Below are positions 8,489 through 15,759 of a stretch of 64,000 nt of DNA, one piece after another. The stretch comes from Clostridia bacterium (GTDB taxonomy: Bacteria > Bacillota > Clostridia > RGIG6154). The stretch covers positions 17,283 to 81,282 of the forward strand of contig JAZNOU010000002.1 in NCBI GenBank assembly GCA_045589295.1, read 5' to 3'. Position 1 is the stretch's first letter. Each line of letters begins with the position of its first letter. Both the position numbers and the translations under genes were made by a program. Below the pieces are notes generated by a model. That model worked only from the letters and a program-made list of their open reading frames with translations. It did no database searches and was not told the DNA's origin.

Positions 8489-9528
8489 ATTACAATCTTG
8501 TAAAAGAGCTTTGCCTGTGCTATGGTGCATCAGGGAGAGAAAAAAATGTCAAACAGCTTATTGAAGAAAAAATATCTCCGTTTTGTAAAAGTATTGAAAC
8601 TGATGCTTTTGGTAATTTGTTTTGCAAAAAGACCGATGATGGTAATCTTTTAAATGTTGTGATTGATGCCCATACAGACACGATTGGTTTGGTGGTTAAA
8701 GAAGTTCTTGATGGCGGATTTTTGAAATTTTCTACTCTTGGAGGAATTGATGCCAGGGTTTTGCCGGGTGCAGAAGTTATAATTCATTCAAAACAAGATA
8801 TTTTGGGTGTTATAACATCAGTACCTCCGCATTTAATGAGTGAAGAGGACAAGAAAAAACCACCAAAGATAAAAGATATGTTTATTGATACCGGTCTTGA
8901 CAATGCTAAAGAGATAGTGTCAGTAGGTGATATTGTAACATACAAACAAAGACTGGATAAAATTGCGGAAAGTATAATGGGGACGTACTTGGATGACAGG
9001 GCTTGTGTAGGCGCCGTGATTGAAGTTTTTGAAAAATTAAAGGATGTAAAGCTTCCGTTTAACCTTATTGCGTCGTTTTCCGTTCAGGAGGAGATTGGGC
9101 TTTTGGGGGCAAAAGCTCAAAAGTTAAATCCGGATGTGTTAATTGCTTTAGATGTTACTCACGGAAAAACTCCGGATGAAAAAAGTGATTTGGTATTCGA
9201 GTGCGGAAATGGCAGTGCAGTGGGGTTTGGCCCGAGCCTTGACAAAAATCTTTATGAATTTATTACAGGTTGTGCAAAAAAACACAACATTTTATATCAG
9301 ACAGAAATTATTGAAGCAAATTCGGGTACAAATGCGTGGGGATATCAGATTTCACAAAAACCTGCAGTATGTGCAGTTTTGTCGCTTCCTATAAAATTTA
9401 TGCACACACCTGTTGAAACAGCATCTGTTAAAGATTATGATAATTTAGTTGACCTTACAGCAGAGGTTTTAAAAGGATTAACAAAAGAAAAACTTTTAAG
9501 TATGGTAGAAGATAAAATCCTGAGGTGA
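8485..9528 (+). CDS. M42 family metallopeptidase (glutamyl aminopeptidase / FrvX-CelM type)
   Basis: The metal-ligand motifs are intact: DAHTD, LDDRAC, VQEEIGLLGA, ALDVTH, MHTPVE. The TTG start overlaps the murD stop (TTGA). Confidence 0.85.
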   Translation: MNYNLVKELCLCYGASGREKNVKQLIEEKISPFCKSIETDAFGNLFCKKTDDGNLLNVVIDAHTDTIGLVVKEVLDGGFLKFSTLGGIDARVLPGAEVIIHSKQDILGVITSVPPHLMSEEDKKKPPKIKDMFIDTGLDNAKEIVSVGDIVTYKQRLDKIAESIMGTYLDDRACVGAVIEVFEKLKDVKLPFNLIASFSVQEEIGLLGAKAQKLNPDVLIALDVTHGKTPDEKSDLVFECGNGSAVGFGPSLDKNLYEFITGCAKKHNILYQTEIIEANSGTNAWGYQISQKPAVCAVLSLPIKFMHTPVETASVKDYDNLVDLTAEVLKGLTKEKLLSMVEDKILR

Positions 9529-10526
9529 AAGATTTGGAACTTTTAAAATGGCTTTCTGAAAGTCCCGGGGTATCGGGCGATGAAAATTTAATATCGGATT
9601 TTATTGCAGATAAGGTATATGGCTTATGTGATGAAATGTTTAAAGACAATATGGGTAATCTTTATTGCTTTAAAAAAGGCACAAGTGGTAAACATACAAT
9701 TTTACTTGCTGCACACATGGATGAGGTGGGACTTATAATTTCTTCTGTTACCGATGACGGATTTTTAAAATTCCGTATTGTTGGTGGCATTGATGAGTCT
9801 GTGCTTTTGGCAAAACGAGTGCGCATTGGTAAAAACAAGGTTTTGGGTGTGACAGGAATAAAGGCAGTGCACCTTTCATCAAAAGAAGAAATTGAGAAAA
9901 AGGTTTCTTACACAGATATGTATATAGATATTGGTGTTAAAAACAAGGACGAGGCATTAAAGCTTGTTAATGTTGGCGACTATGCGGTGTTTGATACTGA
10001 TTATGAAAAGATGGGCAGACTTTTAAAAGGAAAAGCTTTGGATGACAGACTGGGCTGCAGAATTTTAATGACCCTAATGGAAAAATCACATAAATCAAAT
10101 GTTTGGTTTTGCTTTACCGTTCAGGAAGAACTGGGACTTCGCGGTGCTGCGGTTATTTCAAGACGACTAAAGGCTGATAAAGCGGTTGTTATTGATTGTA
10201 CCACTTGCATAGATTTTCCGGGTATTGATAAAGAAAAAACTTCAACAAAAATTGGCAAAGGTCCGGCGATTACGACAGTTGATGGCGCAACTTATCCAAA
10301 TATTTCGCTAAGAAAAGAGTTGGAACAGTCAGCTGATAAGTTTCAGTATAAAAATGTTAACGCAGGCGGTAATGATGCGGGTGCAATTCATTTAAACAAT
10401 ATAAAAACTGCCGCGGTTTCCATACCGACAAGATATATACATTCACCTGTTTCTGCGGCAGACTGGTCAGATGCGGAAGAGTGTATAAAAATGTTTGATA
10501 ATTTCTTAAATACGGAGGAGTTTTAA
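9525..10526 (+). CDS. M42 family metallopeptidase, second paralog
   Basis: AAHMDEVG, LDDRLGC, VQEELGLRGA, VIDCT and IHSPVS are all present. The GTG start overlaps the upstream stop (GTGA). Confidence 0.85.
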   Translation: MKDLELLKWLSESPGVSGDENLISDFIADKVYGLCDEMFKDNMGNLYCFKKGTSGKHTILLAAHMDEVGLIISSVTDDGFLKFRIVGGIDESVLLAKRVRIGKNKVLGVTGIKAVHLSSKEEIEKKVSYTDMYIDIGVKNKDEALKLVNVGDYAVFDTDYEKMGRLLKGKALDDRLGCRILMTLMEKSHKSNVWFCFTVQEELGLRGAAVISRRLKADKAVVIDCTTCIDFPGIDKEKTSTKIGKGPAITTVDGATYPNISLRKELEQSADKFQYKNVNAGGNDAGAIHLNNIKTAAVSIPTRYIHSPVSAADWSDAEECIKMFDNFLNTEEF

Positions 10527-11383
10527 TGCTGGATATATTATGTCAGCTTCCCTGTCCGTGTGCAGGCGAAGAAACTGTTAAAAAATATTTAAAAACAAAA
10601 ACCAAAGGGTATGAGGACTCGATAGGGAACTTCATAGTGAATAAAAAAGGCGGGCATAAAAAACTGATGGTGTTTTGCCCGCTTGATGAAGATACCCTTA
10701 CGGCCATGAGCTGTGAAAACAAAAAAGTTTTTGTTTCGCATCAGGGAAGTGCAAAGCTTCCGCTTGGTTTGGTTGTGTCTTTTGGCGGATATTTAGGTGT
10801 GCTTCAGGCAAAAGACAACACAAAACCTGATAAAGATTTGTATGTTGAAATGCTTACCGATGGCTTTGAAAATGTGGGCGGGGCAGGTGTTGTGTCTTCT
10901 GAATATATAACAGAAGAAAATGTTATTTTTACAAAGGATGCAGTGCAAAAACTTGCAACTTGCGCAATGCTTGAAAGTGTGAGTGAAGAAACCGATTTTG
11001 ATGCTTTTTTTGTGTTTGGTGTTCAAAGTAAAAACAACAATAAAGGTGCAATTGTTTCTACGCGTGAAATAAATCCAGAGTTTGTACTTACGTTTGAAAA
11101 AACCAAAAGCGAAACGTTAACATACAAGGTGCTTTCAAAAGGATTTATAATAAGCGAAAACGCAAAAGAAAAAATAGAAAATGTTTGCAGCTCTTTGGGT
11201 GTTGAAATAAAACCGGAAGCGGACAGCGAAGATGTTAGCTCGGCACAGGCTTTTTGCGCACCGAATACTGTTGTAGTAGGTGTTCCTGTGAGATTTTATG
11301 ATGAAATAAGGCAGGCAACAGATATAAAATACAAAGAAATAATCAAAGAAATAATAAAAGCATTTTTAAGAGAAGGAAAATAG
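10526..11383 (+). CDS. M42-like protein, third paralog with degenerate active site
   Basis: Same length class and operon position, and its ATG overlaps the upstream stop (TAATG). The His, Asp and Glu-Glu ligand motifs are replaced (CPLDEDT, GVQSKNNNKGA). Confidence 0.6.
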   Translation: MLDILCQLPCPCAGEETVKKYLKTKTKGYEDSIGNFIVNKKGGHKKLMVFCPLDEDTLTAMSCENKKVFVSHQGSAKLPLGLVVSFGGYLGVLQAKDNTKPDKDLYVEMLTDGFENVGGAGVVSSEYITEENVIFTKDAVQKLATCAMLESVSEETDFDAFFVFGVQSKNNNKGAIVSTREINPEFVLTFEKTKSETLTYKVLSKGFIISENAKEKIENVCSSLGVEIKPEADSEDVSSAQAFCAPNTVVVGVPVRFYDEIRQATDIKYKEIIKEIIKAFLREGK

Positions 11384-11384
11384 T

Positions 11385-12605
11385 ATGAACATAATAAAAA
11401 GAGCCGAAAAAAAGGTTCAAAGCGCATTTGAAAAGGTTGAAAGAATTGAATATGTAAATTCAAAAAAGGTATTGGATGCATTCAGAAAATATAATGTAAA
11501 CGAGGCACATTTTGCATCAACAACAGGCTATGGATATGATGATTTGGGAAGAGATACTTTAGATAAAATTTTTGCTGATGTTTTAGGCGCAGAAGATGCT
11601 TTGGTAAGACAAAATATTTCGTGCGGAACACACGCTCTTTCAATATGTCTTACAGCACTTTTAAAGCCAAATGACCATATTTTGTGTGTTACAGGCAGAA
11701 TGTATGAAACATTGGAAGAAACAGTTGGAGTAAGAGGAGATGCTGTAGGCTCGCTCAAAGAAATCGGTGTGACCTATGAACAGATTGAGCTTACTGAGAG
11801 CGGTGATTTTGACTATGAAAAAATAGAAAAAGCACTTTTAAAAAAACCTGCAATAGTTTGGATGCAACGCTCAAAAGGGTATGAATGGAGAAAATCACTT
11901 TCAATTGCCGAAATGGGAAAGGCAATAAAATTTATAAAAGATCGCTGCGATACAAAAGTTGTGGTTGATAATTGCTATGGTGAATTTGCAGAAGAAAAAG
12001 AGCCGACGGAAGTGGGAGCAGATTTAATGGCAGGTTCGCTCATTAAAAATTTAGGAGGCGGCGTTGCACCTTGTGGTGGATATGTTGCGGGCACTAAGGC
12101 TTGTGTTGAAAGAGTTGTAAACAGACTTTACTGCCCGGGGTTAGGAAGAGAATGCGGCGCATCACTTGGTATAAACAAGGAGTTTTACAAAGGACTTTTT
12201 ATGGCTCCGTCTGCTGTTTGTAATGCAATTAAGACGGCAATACTTACAAGTGCAGTTTTTGAGGAATTGGGTTATGGGGTTTGCCCTGGTGCCTTTGAAG
12301 AAAGAACTGACATAATTCAAGCAATTAAATTTGGCGACGAGGAAAAGATGATAAAGTATATTCAGGGTATTCAAAAAGGCTCTCCTGTTGACTCAAATGT
12401 TGAACCACAGCCTTGGGAGATGCCCGGATATGGTGATAAAGTTATTATGGCGGCAGGAGCGTTTGTGTCTGGCTCTTCCATTGAGCTTTCGGCAGATGCG
12501 CCCATTAAAGAACCTTATGTAGCGTTCCAGCAGGGCGGTCTTACATATCAGTACGGGAAAATAGGGTTAGAAGAAGGACTAAGAAACGCTTTTGGTGAGG
12601 TATAA
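11385..12605 (+). CDS. ynbB: PLP-dependent Cys/Met-metabolism family protein, YnbB / 'aluminum resistance protein' type
   Basis: N-terminus ...[47 protein letters not shown] is characteristic of the YnbB family. It is 406 aa. Confidence 0.75.
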   Translation: MNIIKRAEKKVQSAFEKVERIEYVNSKKVLDAFRKYNVNEAHFASTTGYGYDDLGRDTLDKIFADVLGAEDALVRQNISCGTHALSICLTALLKPNDHILCVTGRMYETLEETVGVRGDAVGSLKEIGVTYEQIELTESGDFDYEKIEKALLKKPAIVWMQRSKGYEWRKSLSIAEMGKAIKFIKDRCDTKVVVDNCYGEFAEEKEPTEVGADLMAGSLIKNLGGGVAPCGGYVAGTKACVERVVNRLYCPGLGRECGASLGINKEFYKGLFMAPSAVCNAIKTAILTSAVFEELGYGVCPGAFEERTDIIQAIKFGDEEKMIKYIQGIQKGSPVDSNVEPQPWEMPGYGDKVIMAAGAFVSGSSIELSADAPIKEPYVAFQQGGLTYQYGKIGLEEGLRNAFGEV

Positions 12606-12607
12606 TA

Positions 12608-13066
12608 ATGAAAAAAGTTAATTTGTATACCGATGGTGCATGTTCTGGAAATCCGGGACCGGGCGGATATGGCGCAATTTTAGAGTACGGCGGAAGAAAA
12701 AAGGAGCTTTCGGGCGGGTTTGAAAACACAACCAATAACAGAATGGAACTTATGGCCGTAATTAGAGGATTAGATGCCTTAAAAGAACCGTGTGAGGTAA
12801 CAGTTATAAGCGACTCTAAATATGTTGTAGATGCCATAAATAAAGGTTGGGTTTATAACTGGGAGAGTAACGGATGGCTTAAAAGCGATAAAAAGCCCGC
12901 ATCAAATATTGACCTGTGGGAAAATCTTCTGGCACTGATGGATGAACATGTAGTAACATATACATGGATTGAAGGGCACAATGGCCATCCTGAGAACGAA
13001 AGATGCGACCAATTGGCAGTTGCAGCAAGCAAAAGCGAAAATAAAGAAACAGATGAATTTTTTTAA
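12608..13066 (+). CDS. rnhA: Ribonuclease HI
   Basis: [17 protein letters not shown]...TNNRMEL...SDSKYV...W...[15 protein letters not shown] carries the RNase H DEDD residues. Confidence 0.9.
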   Translation: MKKVNLYTDGACSGNPGPGGYGAILEYGGRKKELSGGFENTTNNRMELMAVIRGLDALKEPCEVTVISDSKYVVDAINKGWVYNWESNGWLKSDKKPASNIDLWENLLALMDEHVVTYTWIEGHNGHPENERCDQLAVAASKSENKETDEFF

Positions 13067-13072
13067 AAAATA

Positions 13073-13101
13073 TTGACAAACTAATGGTATTGTGATATTA
13101 T
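13073..13101 (+). promoter_or_regulatory. SigA-type promoter of tRNA-Asn
   Basis: TTGACA (13073-13078), 17-nt spacer, TATTAT (13096-13101). Confidence 0.6.
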
Positions 13102-13116
13102 AAGCCTTGTTAATAT

Positions 13117-13192
13117 TCCTCAATAGCTCAGTCGGTAGAGCATGCGGCTGTTAACCGCAGGGTCGTTGGTTCGAGTCCAACTTGGGGAGCCA
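13117..13192 (+). tRNA. tRNA-Asn (anticodon GUU)
   Basis: The cloverleaf was read by hand: acceptor TCCTCAA/TTGGGGA, anticodon arm TGCGG-CTGTTAA-CCGCA, T-arm GTTGG-TTCGAGT-CCAAC, with an encoded CCA. Confidence 0.9.
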
Positions 13193-13194
13193 AA

Positions 13195-13231
13195 GTCTAA
13201 ATGACACCGAAGGTGTTGTTTAGACTTTTTC
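13195..13231 (+). terminator. Rho-independent terminator after tRNA-Asn
   Basis: Stems GTCTAAA (13195-13201) / TTTAGAC (13219-13225) plus an inner ACACC/GGTGT, followed by TTTTT. Confidence 0.65.
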
Positions 13232-13232
13232 T

Positions 13233-13436
13233 TTTAGTTTGTGCACGAACCAACAATTCAATTGTAAACAGCCGCATATGCGGCGTTAACCAAAGGGGCT
13301 TGAGCACGACCGCCGCCAGTGGCGGAAGAAGGGAGTGTGAAAGCGGAAGCAAAAAGGAGAATTGCGAGCGAGAGCGTAGCAATGCGACTATTTTGTTGAC
13401 CGGACCGTTGGTTCGAGTCCAACTTGGGGAGCCAAA
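13233..13436 (+). ncRNA. tRNA-Asn-derived module: a degenerate anticodon-arm-like segment, a ~110-nt insert with a conserved core, and an exact 31-nt copy of the tRNA-Asn 3' end (T-arm, acceptor 3' strand, CCA)
   Basis: 13406-13436 is identical to 13164-13194. ATGCGGCGTTAACC (13279-13292) matches the tRNA anticodon arm ATGCGGCTGTTAACC apart from one deleted T. The conserved core is 13307-13335. The module is followed by its own terminator. No credible ORF is present. Confidence 0.4.
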
Positions 13437-13444
13437 ACAAAAAA

Positions 13445-13470
13445 GGGTGCAAAAGGCACCCTTTTTGTTT
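13445..13470 (+). terminator. Rho-independent terminator after the tRNA-Asn-derived module
   Basis: GGGTGC / GCACCC stem followed by TTTTTGTTTT. Confidence 0.65.
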
Positions 13471-13505
13471 TACTTTTTGTGTGGTGTATAAACCAACGAT
13501 ATGGA

Positions 13506-13550
13506 TTGACAATATCCTGTGAGTATTGTATTATTATAATCACAGGATAT
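13506..13550 (+). promoter_or_regulatory. Promoter with an embedded 11-bp perfect inverted repeat (candidate operator)
   Basis: TTGACA (13506-13511), 17-nt spacer, TATTAT (13529-13534). ATATCCTGTGA (13512-13522) and TCACAGGATAT (13540-13550) are exact reverse complements bracketing the -10. Confidence 0.55.
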
Positions 13551-13560
13551 TTTTAATGAG

Positions 13561-14370
13561 GTGAAAAATTTGAAAACAAATTTTCATACGCATACCACAT
13601 TTTGTGATGGTAAAAACACCGCTGAAGAAATAGTTTTAAGCGCAATTAAAAAGGAATTTGATGCAATAGGCTTTTCTGGGCACGGTTATACTGACTATGA
13701 TTTAAGTTACTGTATGAAAGACACAAAAGGATATATAAGTGAGATAAACAGACTTAAAGACAAGTATGGAAAAGAAATTGAGATTTATCTTGGCGTTGAA
13801 GAAGATGCTTTTTGCCCTGTGAACAGACAAGAGTTTGATTATATAATCGGTTCGTGCCACTATTTTAAAATAGGTGGTGAGTATCGCGCAATCGATTCAA
13901 GTTATGATAATTTTAAAGAGTGTGTTGAATTGTTTGGTGGAAACCCAATAAATATGGCGGAGAATTATTACGGTGCATTTTGTGATTATATAAAAAGAAG
14001 AAAGCCTGATATTGTGGGACATTTTGACTTGATTACAAAGTATGATGAAATTGATGGTTTTAAGTTCCTGAAAAGTAATGAGTATCTTAGTCTGTCAGAA
14101 AAATATATTGAAGATGTTTCGAAAAGCGAAGTTGTTTTTGAAGTAAATACAGGTGCGATTGCAAGGGGATACAGAGCTTCGCCATACCCAAACGAAAACC
14201 TTTTACATATTTTAAAAAAGAAAAATGCAAATCTTATTCTGTCAGCAGACAGCCATAATGTTGATACTTTGGACTTTAATTTTAAAGAAACCAGAAAATA
14301 CTTACGAGATTTTGGTTTTGAATATGTCTACACGATTAACGGCGGAAAATTTGTAAAAGATTATTTATAA
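13561..14370 (+). CDS. hisJ: Histidinol-phosphatase, PHP/HisJ family
   Basis: N-terminal FHTHTTFCDGK and GFSGHG are PHP-domain metal motifs. It is ~269 aa. The real start may be the TTG at 13570 (RBS GAGGTG at 13557-13562) rather than the GTG at 13561. Confidence 0.75.
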   Translation: MKNLKTNFHTHTTFCDGKNTAEEIVLSAIKKEFDAIGFSGHGYTDYDLSYCMKDTKGYISEINRLKDKYGKEIEIYLGVEEDAFCPVNRQEFDYIIGSCHYFKIGGEYRAIDSSYDNFKECVELFGGNPINMAENYYGAFCDYIKRRKPDIVGHFDLITKYDEIDGFKFLKSNEYLSLSEKYIEDVSKSEVVFEVNTGAIARGYRASPYPNENLLHILKKKNANLILSADSHNVDTLDFNFKETRKYLRDFGFEYVYTINGGKFVKDYL

Positions 14371-14380
14371 GAGGTAGAAA

Positions 14381-14830
14381 ATGAAAATAGTAATACAAAG
14401 AGTTTTACAGGCAAAAGTTGAGGTTGAAGGAAAAGTTACGGGAGAGATAGGCAAAGGTTTTTTGTTGTTTTTGGGAGTTTCAAATGAAGACACAACAGAT
14501 ATTGCGGATAAGATGATAGAAAAGGTGTCGCGACTTAGAATTTTTGAAGATGAAAATGAAAGAATAAATTTAAGCATTGACCAGGTAGACGGCGAGGTGT
14601 TGGTTGTTTCGCAGTTTACCCTTTATGCAGATTGTAAAAAAGGAAACAGGCCAAGCTTTGTTAATGCAGGAAGCCCCGATATGGCAGAGGCTATTTACGA
14701 ACATGTTAAAAAAAGATGCGGCGAGCTATTTAAAAACACCGCCTGCGGAATTTTCGGCGCAGATATGAAAGTGTCGCTTGTAAATGACGGACCTTTTACC
14801 ATAGTACTTGATAGTAAAGAAATATTATAA
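14381..14830 (+). CDS. dtd: D-aminoacyl-tRNA deacylase
   Basis: MKIVIQRV...SQFTLYADCKKGNRPSF...GADMKVSLVNDGPFT is the conserved Dtd signature. It is 149 aa. Confidence 0.9.
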   Translation: MKIVIQRVLQAKVEVEGKVTGEIGKGFLLFLGVSNEDTTDIADKMIEKVSRLRIFEDENERINLSIDQVDGEVLVVSQFTLYADCKKGNRPSFVNAGSPDMAEAIYEHVKKRCGELFKNTACGIFGADMKVSLVNDGPFTIVLDSKEIL

Positions 14831-14860
14831 AAGGCAGTGTAAAAAAATTTTTAAAAAGTA

Positions 14861-14889
14861 TTGACAAACGGATATCCTTGTGGTAAAAT
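14861..14889 (+). promoter_or_regulatory. SigA-type promoter of the tRNA-Ser pair
   Basis: TTGACA (14861-14866), 17-nt spacer, TAAAAT (14884-14889). Confidence 0.6.
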
Positions 14890-14902
14890 AACATAGTGCT
14901 GT

Positions 14903-14989
14903 GGAGAGGTGTCCGAGTGGTTTAAGGAGCTGGTCTTGAAAACCAGTGACTCGTAAGGGCCGTGAGTTCGAATCTCACCCTCTCCGCCA
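14903..14989 (+). tRNA. tRNA-Ser (anticodon UGA)
   Basis: Acceptor GGAGAGG/CCTCTCC, anticodon arm CTGGT-CTTGAAA-ACCAG, a long variable arm, T-arm GTGAG-TTCGAAT-CTCAC, and CCA. Confidence 0.9.
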
Positions 14990-15015
14990 CTTTTTTTTAA
15001 CCAAATATTTTATTC

Positions 15016-15109
15016 GGAGAAATACCCAAGTCGGCCGAAGGGGGCGGTTTGCTAAACCGTTAGGTCGGGATTCCCCGGCGCGAGGGTTCGAATCCCTCTT
15101 TCTCCGCCA
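15016..15109 (+). tRNA. tRNA-Ser (anticodon GCU)
   Basis: Acceptor GGAGAAA/TTTCTCC, anticodon loop TTGCTAA, a long variable arm, T-arm GAGGG-TTCGAAT-CCCTC, and CCA. Confidence 0.9.
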
Positions 15110-15114
15110 AAACA

Positions 15115-15145
15115 AAAGACACCTTTGGGTGTCTTTTGTTGTTTT
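15115..15145 (+). terminator. Rho-independent terminator after the tRNA-Ser pair
   Basis: GACACC (15118-15123) / GGTGTC (15128-15133) stem, extended by A/T pairs, followed by a T-run. Confidence 0.65.
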
Positions 15146-15233
15146 CAAATTAACTTGCTTTAAACCACCAATAGTTGACACGCAATTTTATGGATGATAT
15201 AATTGAGGTGTAAATTATGAAAGGGGAATAAAT

Positions 15234-15494
15234 ATGGAAGCGGGAAAAATGTGTCAGGTTACAGCGGTAGTGTTATTTATACTTGGCGTTGTAGCGTCAA
15301 TAATTATTGCAATAGGCGGAGAAAGTTTTTTAATTTTTTTATATGTTCTTGCAATAGATTTTGTAAGTTGTTTGCTTTTATACAGTATTGGAGAGATAAT
15401 AGAACAGCTTTATATCGCCAACACAAATATTTATGCAATACATAATGTTGTGTACAGCTTTATACAACAGAAAAAAGAAAAACAGGATAAATAG
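15234..15494 (+). CDS. Small hypothetical membrane protein (two predicted TM helices)
   Basis: An 86-aa ORF with two hydrophobic stretches (VTAVVLFILGVVASIIIAIGG; LIFLYVLAIDFVSCLLLYSIG). An RBS-like GGGGAA lies upstream. I recognise no family. Confidence 0.45.
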   Translation: MEAGKMCQVTAVVLFILGVVASIIIAIGGESFLIFLYVLAIDFVSCLLLYSIGEIIEQLYIANTNIYAIHNVVYSFIQQKKEKQDK

Positions 15495-15502
15495 ATAACA
15501 AA

Positions 15503-15528
15503 AAAAGACACCAAAAGGTGTCTTTTTA
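15503..15528. terminator. Bidirectional hairpin terminator
   Basis: AAAAAAGACACC-AAAA-GGTGTCTTTTT lies between the converging small ORF (+) and the tRNA-Val/Met operon (-). Confidence 0.65.
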
Positions 15529-15530
15529 TT

Positions 15531-15606
15531 TGGTGGGAACAATAGGGCTCGAACCTATGACCCTCTGCTTGTAAGGCAGATGCTCTCCCAGCTGAGCTAT
15601 GCTCCC
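15531..15606 (-). tRNA. tRNA-Val (anticodon UAC)
   Basis: The reverse complement gives GGGAGCATAGCTCAGCTGGGAGAGCATCTGCCTTACAAGCAGAGGGTCATAGGTTCGAGCCCTATTGTTCCCACCA, which folds as a cloverleaf with anticodon loop CTTACAA. Confidence 0.9.
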
Positions 15607-15609
15607 ATA

Positions 15610-15686
15610 TGGTAGCGGCGAGTGGACTTGAACCACCGACCTAACGGGTATGAACCGTTTGCTCTAGCCAACTGAGCTACACCGCC
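15610..15686 (-). tRNA. tRNA-Met, elongator type (anticodon CAU)
   Basis: The reverse complement GGCGGTGTAGCTCAGTTGGCTAGAGCAAACGGTTCATACCCGTT... closely resembles Bacillus elongator tRNA-Met. There is a G1-C72 pair and no triple G-C in the anticodon stem, so it is not an initiator. A lysidine-modified Ile2 identity cannot be excluded. Confidence 0.8.
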
Positions 15687-15711
15687 ATATGTCTTTAAAT
15701 CAGCAATCAAT

Positions 15712-15740
15712 ATTATAACAAACAAAAATATATTTGTCAA
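15712..15740 (-). promoter_or_regulatory. SigA-type promoter of the tRNA-Met/Val operon
   Basis: On the minus strand: TTGACA (15740-15735), 17-nt spacer, TATAAT (15717-15712). Perfect consensus. Confidence 0.65.
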
Positions 15741-15759
15741 TACTTTTTTGCTAAAAAAT

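Noticed and set aside
13197-13512. Three overlapping ORFs in the track (13201..13491 +, 13197..13382 -, 13258..13512 -) covering the tRNA-Asn-derived module
   Set aside because: They have no RBS and low-complexity, implausible peptides. They run straight through two terminator hairpins and the tRNA 3'-end copy. The local GC richness is explained by RNA-type structure, so I treat the region as non-coding.
14946-15197. ORFs 14946..15197 (+) and 14975..15181 (-)
   Set aside because: They lie entirely over the two tRNA-Ser genes and their terminator, so they are spurious.
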